A stretch of DNA of 64,000 nucleotides. Source: an uncultured Gammaproteobacteria bacterium (GTDB lineage Bacteria > Patescibacteriota > Patescibacteriia > Patescibacteriales > UBA12465). The stretch covers positions 4,026 through 68,025 of the forward strand of contig CAYSZD010000001.1 of the NCBI GenBank assembly GCA_964435515.1, given 5' to 3'. The notes beneath the pieces are model-generated. The model saw nothing but the letters and a program-made list of their open reading frames with translations, made no database searches and was not told where the DNA came from. The position numbers and the translations under genes are program-made. Positions 43,541-56,813 of the stretch are shown here, piece after piece (within the stretch, counting starts at the first letter, position 1; each line of letters starts with the position of its first letter).

Positions 43541-44614
43541 ATGGCTAAAGATTACTACAATATATTAGGAGTTTCTAAAAATGCTAGTGCTGAAGATATT
43601 AAAACAGCTTTTCGTAAAAAGGCTCATGAACATCATCCTGACAAAGGGGGCAATGAAGATACTTTTAAAGAAATAAATGAAGCTTATCAAGTTTTAGGTA
43701 ACCCGACAAAAAGACAGCAGTATGATCAATTTGGATCTTCTTTTCAAAATGGTCAAGCCGGAGGAGCTTATAATGGCTCTGGTTTTGGTGGATTTAATGG
43801 AGTGAATATTAATATGGATGACTTGGGTGATATTTTTGGTGGTTTCGGCGATATTTTTGGTTTTGGTGGCGGATCTACTCGTAGACACACCAATCAAAGA
43901 GGGCGTGATTTAGAAATGAATATTAAAATTGATTTTTTAGAATCAATTTTAGGTGTTGAAAAAGAAATTAAATTCCCTCATTTAAAAACTTGTACCAGTT
44001 GTAAAGGTAGCGGTCATGCTGCTGATGCTAAAATAGAGACTTGTTCTACCTGTCATGGTCAGGGATATATCAATCGAGTGCAGAGAACTATTCTAGGGGC
44101 AGTACAAACTCAGGTGACGTGTCCTGATTGTCAGGGCCAAGGAAAAAAAGCTAATAAAGCTTGTAATGTATGTCATGGTGAAGGTAGAACAAAACAAGAC
44201 GATAAGATTAAGGTAAAAATTCCTGCTGGCATTAGCAATGGCGAAAGTATACGTTTAGCTTCTTATGGTGATGCTGGCGAGAAAGGAGCCGCTGCTGGTG
44301 ATTTATTTTTAAGAATTATAGTTGCTAGTCATCCCGAATTAAGACGAGAAGGTGATGATATTTATTCTCAAGTAGAGATTTCTTTTGTAGAAGCTATTTT
44401 GGGTACAAGTTTAAATATTCTAACTGCATATGGCAGGGTAAAGTTAAAAATTCCTGCTGGCACTCAACCACAAACGACTTTTCGGCTTAAAACAAAAGGC
44501 GCTCCGCGTCTTCATAGTCGTGGTCAAGGTGATCATTTTGTAAAAGTTAAAGTAAATATACCTACTAATATTAGCAAAAAACAAAAAGAAATATTAGAAT
44601 CTCTTAAAATATAA
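43541..44614 (+). CDS. dnaJ: Co-chaperone DnaJ
   Basis: J-domain with HPD, a G/F region and four CxxCxGxG zinc motifs. Confidence 0.96.
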   Translation: MAKDYYNILGVSKNASAEDIKTAFRKKAHEHHPDKGGNEDTFKEINEAYQVLGNPTKRQQYDQFGSSFQNGQAGGAYNGSGFGGFNGVNINMDDLGDIFGGFGDIFGFGGGSTRRHTNQRGRDLEMNIKIDFLESILGVEKEIKFPHLKTCTSCKGSGHAADAKIETCSTCHGQGYINRVQRTILGAVQTQVTCPDCQGQGKKANKACNVCHGEGRTKQDDKIKVKIPAGISNGESIRLASYGDAGEKGAAAGDLFLRIIVASHPELRREGDDIYSQVEISFVEAILGTSLNILTAYGRVKLKIPAGTQPQTTFRLKTKGAPRLHSRGQGDHFVKVKVNIPTNISKKQKEILESLKI

Positions 44615-44619
44615 TCAAA

Positions 44620-44648
44620 TTGACTTAACTGAGAGATTTTGCTATAAT
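44620..44648 (+). promoter_or_regulatory. Near-consensus promoter for the Cys-rich micro-ORF
   Basis: TTGACT (44620-44625), 17-nt spacer, TGcTATAAT (-10 at 44643-44648). Confidence 0.55.
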
Positions 44649-44683
44649 AATTGTATATTTGATATATCTAATTTATAAATATT

Positions 44684-44866
44684 ATGCGTAAATGCTGTTG
44701 TTCTAAATTGTTAAGTAAGCTTTTTGCTAAGAAAAAAGGATGTTGTTGTCATGAAGATGGTCAACATAGTCATCTTAATTCAGAGCCTAAAAATGATAGT
44801 CCAGTTAATCATGATAGCCAAGTTACTAATGATTCCACTATTAGTAGTTTAGAAGAAAATAAATAG
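44684..44866 (+). CDS. Cys-cluster micro-protein (60 aa)
   Basis: MRKCCCSKLLSKLFAKKKGCCCHEDGQHSH... has two CCC triplets plus His residues. It is bracketed by its own promoter and terminator. Confidence 0.5.
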   Translation: MRKCCCSKLLSKLFAKKKGCCCHEDGQHSHLNSEPKNDSPVNHDSQVTNDSTISSLEENK

Positions 44867-44880
44867 TTTAGATAGTTAAG

Positions 44881-44906
44881 TAAAAAACGCTTTAAACGCG
44901 TTTTTT
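44881..44906 (+). terminator. Intrinsic terminator
   Basis: AACGC/GCGTT stem within AAAAAACGCTTTAAACGCGTTTTTT. Confidence 0.6.
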
Positions 44907-44918
44907 ATATTGAAATAA

Positions 44919-45770
44919 ATGTTTATTGATACTCATGCTCATGTTAATTTTAAAGATTTTATAGATGATGCTGATGAGGTAATTCGTCGGTCTTTAGATA
45001 ATGATACCTGGATGGTATTAGTCGGGTCAGAGTATAAAACATCCAACAGAGCTTTAAGTTATGCAAATAAATATGAAAAAGGAGTTTATGCCGCAGTTGG
45101 TCTTCATCCAATTCATTTAGAAGAACAAGCTATTAAGAATAAAGATGAAAATGGTGATCATCAGTTTGTTACTAGAGCTGAAGAATTTAATTATGATAGT
45201 TATGAAAAGCTAGCTAAGTTTCAGAAGGTGGTGGCTATTGGCGAAATTGGTTTAGATTATTATCATCTTGATCCAACCAAGGACGTTTCAATGGCCAAAA
45301 GAAAGCAACAAGAAGTTTTTTTAAAACAATTGTTATTAGCTCGTAATCTTGATTTACCGGTTATTATTCATTGTCGGCAAGCTCATGATGATTTATTAGG
45401 AATATTGCAAGATTTTAGAAAAGTATATGCAGATTTTATTCCTAATGATAGACCATGGGGCGTGCTTCATTGTTTTTCTGGAGATGAAGATTTGGCGTGG
45501 AAATATTTTTCTCTTGGTTTAATAGTCTCTTTTACTGGGTTAATTACTTTTAGTAAGCAGTGGGACGATGTGTTGCGTAAAATTCCTCTTGATAAATTTA
45601 TGATTGAGACGGATTCTCCTTATATGACCCCAGAGCCTTATCGTGGTCGCCGGAATGAGCCTTTATTAGTTCAATATGTAGCTGGCAGGATAGCAGAAAT
45701 TCGTAATTCTAGTATAGAAAATATTTCTGCAGCCACAACTGATACTGCTAAGAGATTTTTTCGTATTTAA
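44919..45770 (+). CDS. tatD: TatD-family metal-dependent hydrolase/DNase
   Basis: FIDTHAHVNF, AIGEIGLDY, VIIHCR and ETDSPYMTP motifs. Confidence 0.9.
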   Translation: MFIDTHAHVNFKDFIDDADEVIRRSLDNDTWMVLVGSEYKTSNRALSYANKYEKGVYAAVGLHPIHLEEQAIKNKDENGDHQFVTRAEEFNYDSYEKLAKFQKVVAIGEIGLDYYHLDPTKDVSMAKRKQQEVFLKQLLLARNLDLPVIIHCRQAHDDLLGILQDFRKVYADFIPNDRPWGVLHCFSGDEDLAWKYFSLGLIVSFTGLITFSKQWDDVLRKIPLDKFMIETDSPYMTPEPYRGRRNEPLLVQYVAGRIAEIRNSSIENISAATTDTAKRFFRI

Positions 45771-45795
45771 ATTTATTTTTTGATTTTGGCTAATC

Positions 45796-45824
45796 TTGAC
45801 TTTTTTGAAATGCGGGTGTATATA
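45796..45824 (+). promoter_or_regulatory. Candidate atp operon promoter
   Basis: TTGACT (45796-45801), 17-nt spacer, TATATA (45819-45824). Confidence 0.4.
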
Positions 45825-45871
45825 TCAATATGTTTTTTGCACGTTGAATATATTTTATTTAATTTAAGCTT

Positions 45872-46153
45872 ATGGATGGAAAATCAACTAAAGAGCTGCT
45901 GCTTTCTAGCGCTGCTTATAGCCTTTCTTCTATATTAGGCCCTTTATTATTATTGGGAGTGCCAGCTTATTTTTTGGATCAATATCTTAACACTAAACCA
46001 GTTATACTATTAGTAGCAGTTTTTGTAGCCTTTGTTATTACTAATATTCTTTTGTATAAAAAAGTGCGAAAAATTAATAGCATGATTGCTAACAATTTTC
46101 CTCCTAAAGATTTTCAAGTAGGAAAAGATTCTGCTGAAAATAAAAACGATTAA
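45872..46153 (+). CDS. Small membrane protein at the head of the atp operon (AtpI/AtpZ-like)
   Basis: 93 aa, two TM helices, positioned immediately upstream of atpB. Confidence 0.45.
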   Translation: MDGKSTKELLLSSAAYSLSSILGPLLLLGVPAYFLDQYLNTKPVILLVAVFVAFVITNILLYKKVRKINSMIANNFPPKDFQVGKDSAENKND

Positions 46154-46155
46154 CT

Positions 46156-46911
46156 ATGGGTTTGAATATTTCTTTGTCTCCTGAGACTTTATTTTATCTT
46201 GGTTCCTGGCCTATTTCCAATGCTTTTTTTTGGTCTTGGCTTGTTTTTGCATTTTTAATTATTGGTGCAATTATTTTTAAAAAAAGCTTAAAAATGAAAC
46301 CAGGAGGATTTCAAAGTTTAATTGAAATGATGATTAGTGGAGCTTATGATTTTGTTGAGTCAATGATGGGTACCAAAAAAAAGGCAATGAGAGTTTTCCC
46401 CTTAGTTTTTACAATGTTCTTTTTTATTTTCTTTGCTAACTTATTAACTTTTATTCCTGGTCAAGCGGCTGTAACGATAAAGACGGCCGGTGGTGTTGTC
46501 CCTTTGTTTAGAGCTATTATTTCTGATTACAGTATTGTTTTTGTAATGACCATGGTATCGGTGATTATCACTCAAATAGTAGCAATTGCCGTAATGGGTC
46601 CTTTACGATATATAGGAAAATTCTTGAATTTTAGTAGTCCTTTAAATTTCTTTTTAGGATTAATGGATTTAGTAGGTGAATTAGCCAAGGTAATGTCTTT
46701 GTCGTTTCGTTTGTTTGGTAATATTTTCGCTGGAGAGGTTTTAGGGGCAGTAATGTTATTTTTATTCCCATTTTTCCTACCTTTGCCCTTTGCTTTTTTA
46801 GGATTGTTAACCGCCGTAGTACAGCCATTTGTTTTTTCAGTTTTAACTTTGGTGTTTATTTCAATGGCCACTGATGCGGCTGTAGAGGCGGAGCCAGCAC
46901 TAGAAAAATAA
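46156..46911 (+). CDS. atpB: F-type ATP synthase subunit a
   Basis: Essential Arg motif SLSFRLFGNIFAGE; polytopic. Confidence 0.93.
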   Translation: MGLNISLSPETLFYLGSWPISNAFFWSWLVFAFLIIGAIIFKKSLKMKPGGFQSLIEMMISGAYDFVESMMGTKKKAMRVFPLVFTMFFFIFFANLLTFIPGQAAVTIKTAGGVVPLFRAIISDYSIVFVMTMVSVIITQIVAIAVMGPLRYIGKFLNFSSPLNFFLGLMDLVGELAKVMSLSFRLFGNIFAGEVLGAVMLFLFPFFLPLPFAFLGLLTAVVQPFVFSVLTLVFISMATDAAVEAEPALEK

Positions 46912-46933
46912 TATAATATATTTTATTTAATAA

Positions 46934-47176
<243 letters not shown>

Positions 47177-47238
47177 AATGCAAAGACTGTCTACCGCTTT
47201 TTGCGGTGGATTACCTTGTATTTTAATTTTCTTTTTAT

Positions 47239-47742
47239 ATGGGTTTGATTAAAGCTCTCGGCATTGATGGCCGTATCTTATTTGCACAATTAGTAAATTT
47301 TTCCATCTTAGTATGGGTTTTATGGCGTTTTGCCTATAAACCTGTTTTTAAGATTTTAGAAGAAAGAAAAGATAAGGTGTATAAAGGCTTAGAAGACGCG
47401 GAAGCTGCTACTTTGAAATTGCAAGAAGCTGAAGAAGAAAATAAAAAGATTCTTTTAGAAGCTCGACAAGAGGCAATAAAAATTTTAGAGCAAGCTCAGG
47501 AAAAGGCTGAAACTAAACAACATGAAATTATTGCTAAAGCTGAAGCAGAGATTGGTGTTATTATGGAAAAAGAAAGAGCTAAAATTGTGGTTGAAAAAGC
47601 CAATTCTTTAAATCAGCTTAAAGGAGAGGTTTCTTCCTTGGTAATGATGTCTTTAAAAAAGTTTTTAGAAGAAAATCTTAATGAAGTAAAAGATCAGGCC
47701 TTGGTTGAAAAAATTGTTGCAAGTTTAAAAGATAAAGCTTAA
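47239..47742 (+). CDS. atpF: F-type ATP synthase subunit b
   Basis: N-terminal TM helix followed by a long charged helix; operon position. Confidence 0.85.
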   Translation: MGLIKALGIDGRILFAQLVNFSILVWVLWRFAYKPVFKILEERKDKVYKGLEDAEAATLKLQEAEEENKKILLEARQEAIKILEQAQEKAETKQHEIIAKAEAEIGVIMEKERAKIVVEKANSLNQLKGEVSSLVMMSLKKFLEENLNEVKDQALVEKIVASLKDKA

Positions 47743-47745
47743 ATT

Positions 47746-48150
47746 ATGAAAGTTAGCCCTAAACAATACGCACGTAGTTTAATGGAATTAACTGCTGGAA
47801 TATCTGATGAAGAGGCCCAGAAGGTGATCGGGCGCTTTGTTTTACTTTTAAAAGATCGTCATGATTTATCTAAATCAGATGCTATTATTGAGGAGTTATC
47901 TTTATTACAGCAAGCAGAACAAAAAGAAATAAAAGCAGAATTGGTAAGCGCTCGTTCTTTATCTAAAGAATCAAAAAATTTAATTACTACTTATTTAAGC
48001 GATAGACTAGGAATGGATAAAATTGATTGGCAAGAGAAAATTGATCAATCATTGTTAGGAGGATTTGTTCTTCGTTATCATGGCTTTGTTATTGATGGTA
48101 GTCTAAAAAATAATTTAAATAAATTTAAAAAACAGCTTTTAATTAAATAA
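47746..48150 (+). CDS. atpH: F-type ATP synthase subunit delta (short OSCP)
   Basis: C-terminal [30 protein letters not shown] motif; operon position. Confidence 0.8.
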   Translation: MKVSPKQYARSLMELTAGISDEEAQKVIGRFVLLLKDRHDLSKSDAIIEELSLLQQAEQKEIKAELVSARSLSKESKNLITTYLSDRLGMDKIDWQEKIDQSLLGGFVLRYHGFVIDGSLKNNLNKFKKQLLIK

Positions 48151-48155
48151 ATTTT

Positions 48156-49679
48156 ATGTCTAGTACTAAAGACTTTATAGTTGAACAACTTAAACGCCAA
48201 ATTTCTGATTTTAAAGCCAGTTTAGAAGAGAGCAGTGTTGGTAAAGTGTTAAAAATTTCTGATGGTATTGCTCTCGTTTCTGGTTTAACAGAAGCGATGA
48301 TGAGCGAAATTCTTTTATTTAAATCAGAATCTGGCGAAGTCGCTGGCGTAGCTTTGAATTTAGAAGAAAACTTAGTTGGCGCTATTATTCTAGGTGATTT
48401 TACTCCAATTAAAGAAGGTGACGAGGTTGTTTGTACTAAACGTATTTTAAGTGTGCCAGTAGGAGAAGAATTAGTTGGTAGAGTGGTAAATCCTTTGGGT
48501 GAAGCTATGGATGGTAAGGGAGATATAGTTACAAAAGATTTTTATCCAGTGGAAAAAATTGCTCCAGGTGTTATTACTCGTGCGTCAGTTAATCAACCAG
48601 TGCAAACTGGTATTAAAGCCATTGATGCCATGATTCCAATTGGACGTGGACAGAGAGAATTAATTATTGGTGATCGTCAGATTGGTAAGACTGCTATTGC
48701 TATTGATGCTATTATCAATCAAAAAGGGCAGAATATGAAGTGCGTATATGTTGCCATTGGTCAAAAAGAATCAAAAATAGCAGAGATTGTGAGGAAGTTA
48801 GAAGCAGCTGGGGCAATGGAATATACTACTATTGTATTAGCGGGGGCTTCTAGTCCGGCATCACTTTTATATATTGCTCCTTATGCTGGTACGGCTATGG
48901 CCGAATATTTCTTAGACAAAGGTGAGGATGTATTAATTATCTATGATGATTTATCTAAACACGCGGTTGCTTATCGTGAAATTTCTCTTTTATTAAGACG
49001 TCCACCAGGCCGTGAAGCCTTTCCGGGTGATGTTTTTTATCTTCACTCTAGATTACTTGAAAGAGCCTGTAAACTTAATAAAGATTTTGGTGGTGGTTCA
49101 ATAACCGCTTTACCAATCATTGAAACTCAGGCTGGAGATATTTCCGCTTACATTCCTACTAATGTTATTTCTATTACTGATGGTCAGATTTTCTTAGAAC
49201 CAGAGATGTTTAACAAAGGTAATCGTCCGGCTGTTAATGCTGGTTTGTCAGTTTCTCGTGTAGGTTCATCTGCTCAAACAAAAGCAATGAAAAAAGTTGC
49301 CGGTAAGATGCGTTTAGAAGCTGCTCAATTTAGAGAATTAGCTGCTTTTGCTCAATTTGGTTCTGACTTAGATGCAGATACTAGTCGTAAATTAGAGAGA
49401 GGCAAACGTTTATATGAAGTATTTAAACAGGATCAATATCAACCTTTGTCAGTGGCAAAACAGGTAGCTATCTATTATGCTCTTATCAATGGCTTCTTAG
49501 ATGATGTGCCAGTAGATAATGTTAAAGATTTTGAAAATGGTTTATATCAACAATTAGAATTAGAGGCAGAAGTGTTAAAATTATTAACCAATAATACTGA
49601 ATTAAGTCCTGAAATAGAGGAAAAATTAAAGACTCTATTAAATAATTATAAAGAAGGTTTAGAATATTTGATTAAATAG
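48156..49679 (+). CDS. atpA: F-type ATP synthase subunit alpha
   Basis: Walker A GDRQIGKT; [41 protein letters not shown]. Confidence 0.98.
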   Translation: MSSTKDFIVEQLKRQISDFKASLEESSVGKVLKISDGIALVSGLTEAMMSEILLFKSESGEVAGVALNLEENLVGAIILGDFTPIKEGDEVVCTKRILSVPVGEELVGRVVNPLGEAMDGKGDIVTKDFYPVEKIAPGVITRASVNQPVQTGIKAIDAMIPIGRGQRELIIGDRQIGKTAIAIDAIINQKGQNMKCVYVAIGQKESKIAEIVRKLEAAGAMEYTTIVLAGASSPASLLYIAPYAGTAMAEYFLDKGEDVLIIYDDLSKHAVAYREISLLLRRPPGREAFPGDVFYLHSRLLERACKLNKDFGGGSITALPIIETQAGDISAYIPTNVISITDGQIFLEPEMFNKGNRPAVNAGLSVSRVGSSAQTKAMKKVAGKMRLEAAQFRELAAFAQFGSDLDADTSRKLERGKRLYEVFKQDQYQPLSVAKQVAIYYALINGFLDDVPVDNVKDFENGLYQQLELEAEVLKLLTNNTELSPEIEEKLKTLLNNYKEGLEYLIK

Positions 49680-49686
49680 TTAGTCT

Positions 49687-50634
49687 ATGGCTAAGACCAA
49701 AGAAATATCCAGAAGAATAAAATCGATCAGTAATACCAAAAAAATTACTAAAGCAATGGAGATGGTGGCTGCTGCAAAGATGAGAAAAGCAATAGAGGCG
49801 GTACTTGCTACTCGCACCTATGCTAATTTGAGCTGGGAAACCGTATTGCATTTAGCTGCCATGAGTTATGGTAAGGGTGGTAATGTACATCCATTTTTAA
49901 CTAAAAGAGAAAAAACACAGAAAGTAGCTATTATTCTTATCACTTCTAACCGAGGTATGTGTGGTGGTTATAATTCCGCTATCATATCTAAGGTAAGAGA
50001 GTCTATAAAAAAACACCCAGATACAGATGTTGAATTTATTCTAATCGGTAAAAAAGGAGTTTCTTTTTATTCGCAGAAATATCCCGTAGAAGCTGAGTTT
50101 CCTAAAAATGATGAAATTAGTAATGTAAAAGAGGCTCTACCTATAGTTAAATTAGCTATGACTAATTTTTTGAGCGGTAAATATGATAAAGTATTTGTTG
50201 CATACACTGATTTTGTTAGCGCCGTTAAGCAAGTTCCTCGTATTAAACAATTATTACCTATCGACATTGACATAGAAGATGAATATCTTGGTATCGTTGC
50301 TGATCCCAAAGTAAGCACGACTCATGAAATAATAGAGGCAAAAAAGAAAAAACACCTGCATGAGGCATCAGGATTTGATTATGTTTTTGAACCTAATCCA
50401 GAAGAAGTGCTTAATCGTATTATTCCTAGATTATTAGAGGTCCAGGTATATCAGGCATTATTAGAGGCTAATGCTTCTGAGCATAGTGCTAGAATGAGCG
50501 CTATGCATCAAGCCACTGAAGCTGCTAATGACATGGTAAGTGAACTTACTTTATTTTATAACAAGGCTCGTCAAGCTGGTATCACTGCAGAAATTGCGGA
50601 GATTAGTGCTGGAGCGAACGCCCTGCTCGATTAA
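49687..50634 (+). CDS. atpG: F-type ATP synthase subunit gamma
   Basis: IKSISNTKKITKAMEMVAAAKMRKA N-terminus and ARQAGITAEIAEI C-terminus. Confidence 0.95.
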   Translation: MAKTKEISRRIKSISNTKKITKAMEMVAAAKMRKAIEAVLATRTYANLSWETVLHLAAMSYGKGGNVHPFLTKREKTQKVAIILITSNRGMCGGYNSAIISKVRESIKKHPDTDVEFILIGKKGVSFYSQKYPVEAEFPKNDEISNVKEALPIVKLAMTNFLSGKYDKVFVAYTDFVSAVKQVPRIKQLLPIDIDIEDEYLGIVADPKVSTTHEIIEAKKKKHLHEASGFDYVFEPNPEEVLNRIIPRLLEVQVYQALLEANASEHSARMSAMHQATEAANDMVSELTLFYNKARQAGITAEIAEISAGANALLD

Positions 50635-50645
50635 ATGAATAATAA

Positions 50646-52052
<1,407 letters not shown>

Positions 52053-52057
52053 TTTCT

Positions 52058-52501
52058 ATGGCTGATAAAAAAAGCATCAAATTTGAAATTGTTACTCCAG
52101 AAAAAGTTGTTTCTAAACAGCAGGTCTTACAAGCTACTATTCCTACAGAAGAGGGAGAAATTACGGTTTTGCCAGAACACATTCCTTTGGTATCAATTTT
52201 GAAACCTGGTGTTTTAGAATTAAAAAATGTTGATAATCAAATTGAAATTATCTCAGTTTCTGGGGGTTTTGTAGAAGTTTTAAGAGATAAGATTGTTATT
52301 TTAGCTGATACTGCTGAAAGGGCTGAGGATTTAGATGAATCACTTATCATTGCGGCCAAAGAGAGAGCTGAAAAAGCCAAGCTAGAAGCTATGAATAGGG
52401 ATGATTTTGATTTCTCAGCTGTAGCTGCTCGTTTAGAAGTAGAAGGCGCTAGAGAAAGAGCATTGCATAAGTGGCGTAAGCTCAGAAATGTGAAGAGTTA
52501 A
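52058..52501 (+). CDS. atpC: F-type ATP synthase subunit epsilon
   Basis: FEIVTPEKVV...VSGGFVEV beta-sandwich followed by a helical tail; operon position. Confidence 0.9.
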   Translation: MADKKSIKFEIVTPEKVVSKQQVLQATIPTEEGEITVLPEHIPLVSILKPGVLELKNVDNQIEIISVSGGFVEVLRDKIVILADTAERAEDLDESLIIAAKERAEKAKLEAMNRDDFDFSAVAARLEVEGARERALHKWRKLRNVKS

Positions 52502-52524
52502 AACAGTTATTATTTGAAGATATG

Positions 52525-52553
52525 AAAAAAGCACGGTGTGAATCGTGCTTTTT
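52525..52553. terminator. Bidirectional terminator between atpC and the convergent SPFH gene
   Basis: AAAAAGCACG/CGTGCTTTTT stem with an 8-nt loop, flanked by an A-run and a T-run. Confidence 0.7.
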
Positions 52554-52577
52554 GGTGTGTGGTGTTTGTTTTTATTT

Positions 52578-53585
52578 TTATTTTTTAGCCGGCATAATAG
52601 CGCCGGTTTCAATTGGAATAGGTCCGTAATTATTTGTCGGGACATATTGTCCATTCCATCTTTGAGCCTTAATCTCTTCAATCCTGAGTTTTCTAAGCTC
52701 AATCTCGAGGGTCATATTTTTAGCGACCGCATCGTTATATTTTTTAATACCCTCGCCTTCAAGAGCTTTAGCCTCAGCTTCAAGACCGGCAGCAATTTTT
52801 TTGCCTTCAGCCTGGGTAATTGTTGCAGTTTTTTCCGCTTCGGCATTTTTGACTTTTTTCTGAGCTTCCTGCTCAGTGATAAGCAGTTCTTGCTCCTTCT
52901 GTTTTACCTGTTGTGACCGGTTCATGGTCTCTTTGATTTGCTTATCAAAGTCTTCGGACCAGTCATAGTTTGTGATTTTCAGTTCAGTTACCGTTAATGG
53001 ATAACTGTTCACCATCGACCTTATCTGTTTCAGAGTTTTCATCCGGATGGTGTCCTGTGTTAAAGGTAGAACAAAGATATCATAGCGACCAACTTGGGCC
53101 TTAAAAGCCTCGATCATAGACTTGGTTAGGATGGTCATAATTTTTTCTTCTCCAAAATCTTTCCACATGATTGGTAGCCGGTCTTTATCGTAAACAAAAA
53201 ATAGCGTTAAATTGGCACCAATTGTTTGGTTGTCCTTGGTGATAGCACCATTGCCATCAACTTCAATTTCTGCTTTTATCTCAATTGGTTGAATTGAGAC
53301 ATTTTCGATACTTTGGATAAAGGGCGCTTTAAAATGTAGCCCTGGATCCAATGCTTTCGGGGAGATAGCGCCAAATGTAAATCTTAGTCCTCTTACGTCG
53401 CTGTTTATGGTTTTTATGCTCATGGAGAGCAGAAGCACAATAATGCCGGCGATTAAGATGTTTGTGGCATTTTTTTTGCTCATAAAATCTTTGCCTTCCA
53501 GATTTTTAAGGCCAAGTTTCATGACGAAATAAAAAGTTATCGCTGCCATAGCGACAATAAACAGTACTACATTTAAAATGTTCAT
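52578..53585 (-). CDS. SPFH/band-7 (prohibitin/HflC-like) membrane protein with coiled-coil tail
   Basis: N-terminal TM helix, SPFH core (GLRFTFGAISPKALDPGLHFKAPFIQ) and a charged coiled coil (EQEAQKKVKNAEAEK...). Confidence 0.85.
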   Translation of the reverse strand: MNILNVVLFIVAMAAITFYFVMKLGLKNLEGKDFMSKKNATNILIAGIIVLLLSMSIKTINSDVRGLRFTFGAISPKALDPGLHFKAPFIQSIENVSIQPIEIKAEIEVDGNGAITKDNQTIGANLTLFFVYDKDRLPIMWKDFGEEKIMTILTKSMIEAFKAQVGRYDIFVLPLTQDTIRMKTLKQIRSMVNSYPLTVTELKITNYDWSEDFDKQIKETMNRSQQVKQKEQELLITEQEAQKKVKNAEAEKTATITQAEGKKIAAGLEAEAKALEGEGIKKYNDAVAKNMTLEIELRKLRIEEIKAQRWNGQYVPTNNYGPIPIETGAIMPAKK

Positions 53586-53675
53586 TTTTTTTATTTTTTT
53601 GTTAAAGAATTTGTTTAATTATGCCACCACGACATAACGAATCATTATGGCACATATATAAAATTATGTCAATAC

Positions 53676-53703
53676 TAAAAAAGCTACCGTTTTAGTAGCT
53701 TTT
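53676..53703 (-). terminator. Intrinsic terminator after uppP
   Basis: AGCTAC/GTAGCT stem. On the minus strand it is followed by a T-run. Confidence 0.55.
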
Positions 53704-53728
53704 GATATTAAAATATTTAGTAATGGTT

Positions 53729-54511
53729 CTATAAAATAATTACTCCTAATATTATTAATCCTACTACAATACGATACCAGCCAAAGATTTGGAAGTCGTT
53801 CTTTTGAATATATTTCAGAAAAAAGCGGATGCCAATGATAGCGGTAATAAATGAGACTATTAGACCAATAAGCCAGATTGTCATAATACTATTATCTAAA
53901 ATAGGAGGGCTTTTATAAAGATCTAGAGCGGTAGCAGCGGCCATAGTTGGCAAAGCTAGTAGAAATGAAAATTCAACAATATTTTTTCTTGATATTCCTA
54001 GTGACAAGCCACCCATGATGGTGGCAGCTGAACGTGATACACCGGGAATGATGGCTAAGCTTTGAAATAGCCCAATATAGGCTGCTTTTCTATAGCTAAT
54101 ATCCTCTAGTTTTTCTTCAATTTGATTTGGCTTATTCTTTCTTTTAAAATATTTTTCTAAAATAATTAAGGCAATACCACCGAAGAGCAGGGCTAAAGAG
54201 ATGGTTAATAGGCTTTCAAACAGGAAGTTTTTTACCACTTGATATAAAGTAAGGCCAATAATAGCAGTTGGAATAAAGGCTGCCGCTATTTTTAAAATAA
54301 GAATGGGCTTTTGCCAAATAGTTTTAGTATATAAAACAGTTACGGAAAGAATAGCTCCTAGTTGAATAGAGATAAGAAAGCTGCTGAGAAAATTACTTTC
54401 AGGCAGATTTAATAACTTAGCAGTGATGATAAGATGAGCAGTAGAGGAGATGGGCAGGAATTCACTTATTCCTTCTATTAAGCCTAAAATAATTGATTGA
54501 ATGATAGTCAT
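53729..54511 (-). CDS. uppP: Undecaprenyl-diphosphate phosphatase
   Basis: GLIEGISEFLPISSTAHL and PGVSRSAATI motifs; polytopic. Confidence 0.93.
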   Translation of the reverse strand: MTIIQSIILGLIEGISEFLPISSTAHLIITAKLLNLPESNFLSSFLISIQLGAILSVTVLYTKTIWQKPILILKIAAAFIPTAIIGLTLYQVVKNFLFESLLTISLALLFGGIALIILEKYFKRKNKPNQIEEKLEDISYRKAAYIGLFQSLAIIPGVSRSAATIMGGLSLGISRKNIVEFSFLLALPTMAAATALDLYKSPPILDNSIMTIWLIGLIVSFITAIIGIRFFLKYIQKNDFQIFGWYRIVVGLIILGVIIL

Positions 54512-54574
54512 AGAAATAGTTTATAACTATATTTTACAATATTTTTCTTTAAAGAGCTAATTTTCTTGAAATCC

Positions 54575-54603
54575 TTGACAGCTATTTTAAAAAGCTATAC
54601 AAT
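54575..54603 (+). promoter_or_regulatory. groESL promoter
   Basis: TTGACA (54575-54580), 17-nt spacer, TACAAT (54598-54603). Confidence 0.6.
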
Positions 54604-54613
54604 AGCCTTAGGT

Positions 54614-54640
54614 TTAGCACTCTAATGATTAGAGTGCTAA
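54614..54640. promoter_or_regulatory. CIRCE operator upstream of groES
   Basis: Perfect TTAGCACTC-N9-GAGTGCTAA, starting 11 nt after the -10. Confidence 0.9.
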
Positions 54641-54732
54641 GTAAAAAGTCTAATAATAATTATAATATTAGCCTAAAATAAATTTATAAAATATTGTTAT
54701 GAATATTTTTAATTATTTTAGGTGGTAAAACT

Positions 54733-55026
54733 ATGAAATTGAAACCACTTTCTAATCATGTGATTGTAAAAGCAGCCGCTCAGGAAGAAATTACTAAAAG
54801 CGGTATTGTTTTACCTGCTAGTTCAGAAAAAGATCGTCCAGAAAAAGGTGAGGTTATTGCTGTTGGCGCAGGTAAAATAGATGATAATGGCAAATTAATG
54901 GCCATGAGTGTTAAGGTTGGTGATCAGGTTGTGTTTAAGAAATATTCTCCTGATGAAATAAAAATAGATGGGGAAGATTATCTAATCTTAAATGAAAGCG
55001 ATATTGTCGCTATTTTAGAAAAATAA
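54733..55026 (+). CDS. groES: Co-chaperonin GroES
   Basis: 97 aa; LKPLSNHVIVK...GIVLP...GEVIAVG. Confidence 0.96.
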   Translation: MKLKPLSNHVIVKAAAQEEITKSGIVLPASSEKDRPEKGEVIAVGAGKIDDNGKLMAMSVKVGDQVVFKKYSPDEIKIDGEDYLILNESDIVAILEK

Positions 55027-55037
55027 TTAATAAATAA

Positions 55038-56702
<1,665 letters not shown>

Positions 56703-56720
56703 AAAATAATTGTAGATTTA

Positions 56721-56748
56721 AAAAAGACCGTATTAGCGGTCTTTTTTT
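56721..56748 (+). terminator. Intrinsic terminator after groEL
   Basis: AGACCG/CGGTCT stem followed by T7. Confidence 0.75.
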
Positions 56749-56813
56749 ATTATTATTGGCTATTAATCTGTATTTTGCTATAATTGTTATATAATTAATT
56801 AGCCAACTATTGT

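Noticed and set aside
53586-53675. 24-codon + strand ORF (MPPRHNESLWHIYKIMSILKKLPF) in the SPFH/uppP spacer
   Set aside because: It has no promoter or RBS-like signal and no recognisable motif. The region more plausibly holds the SPFH promoter on the opposite strand.
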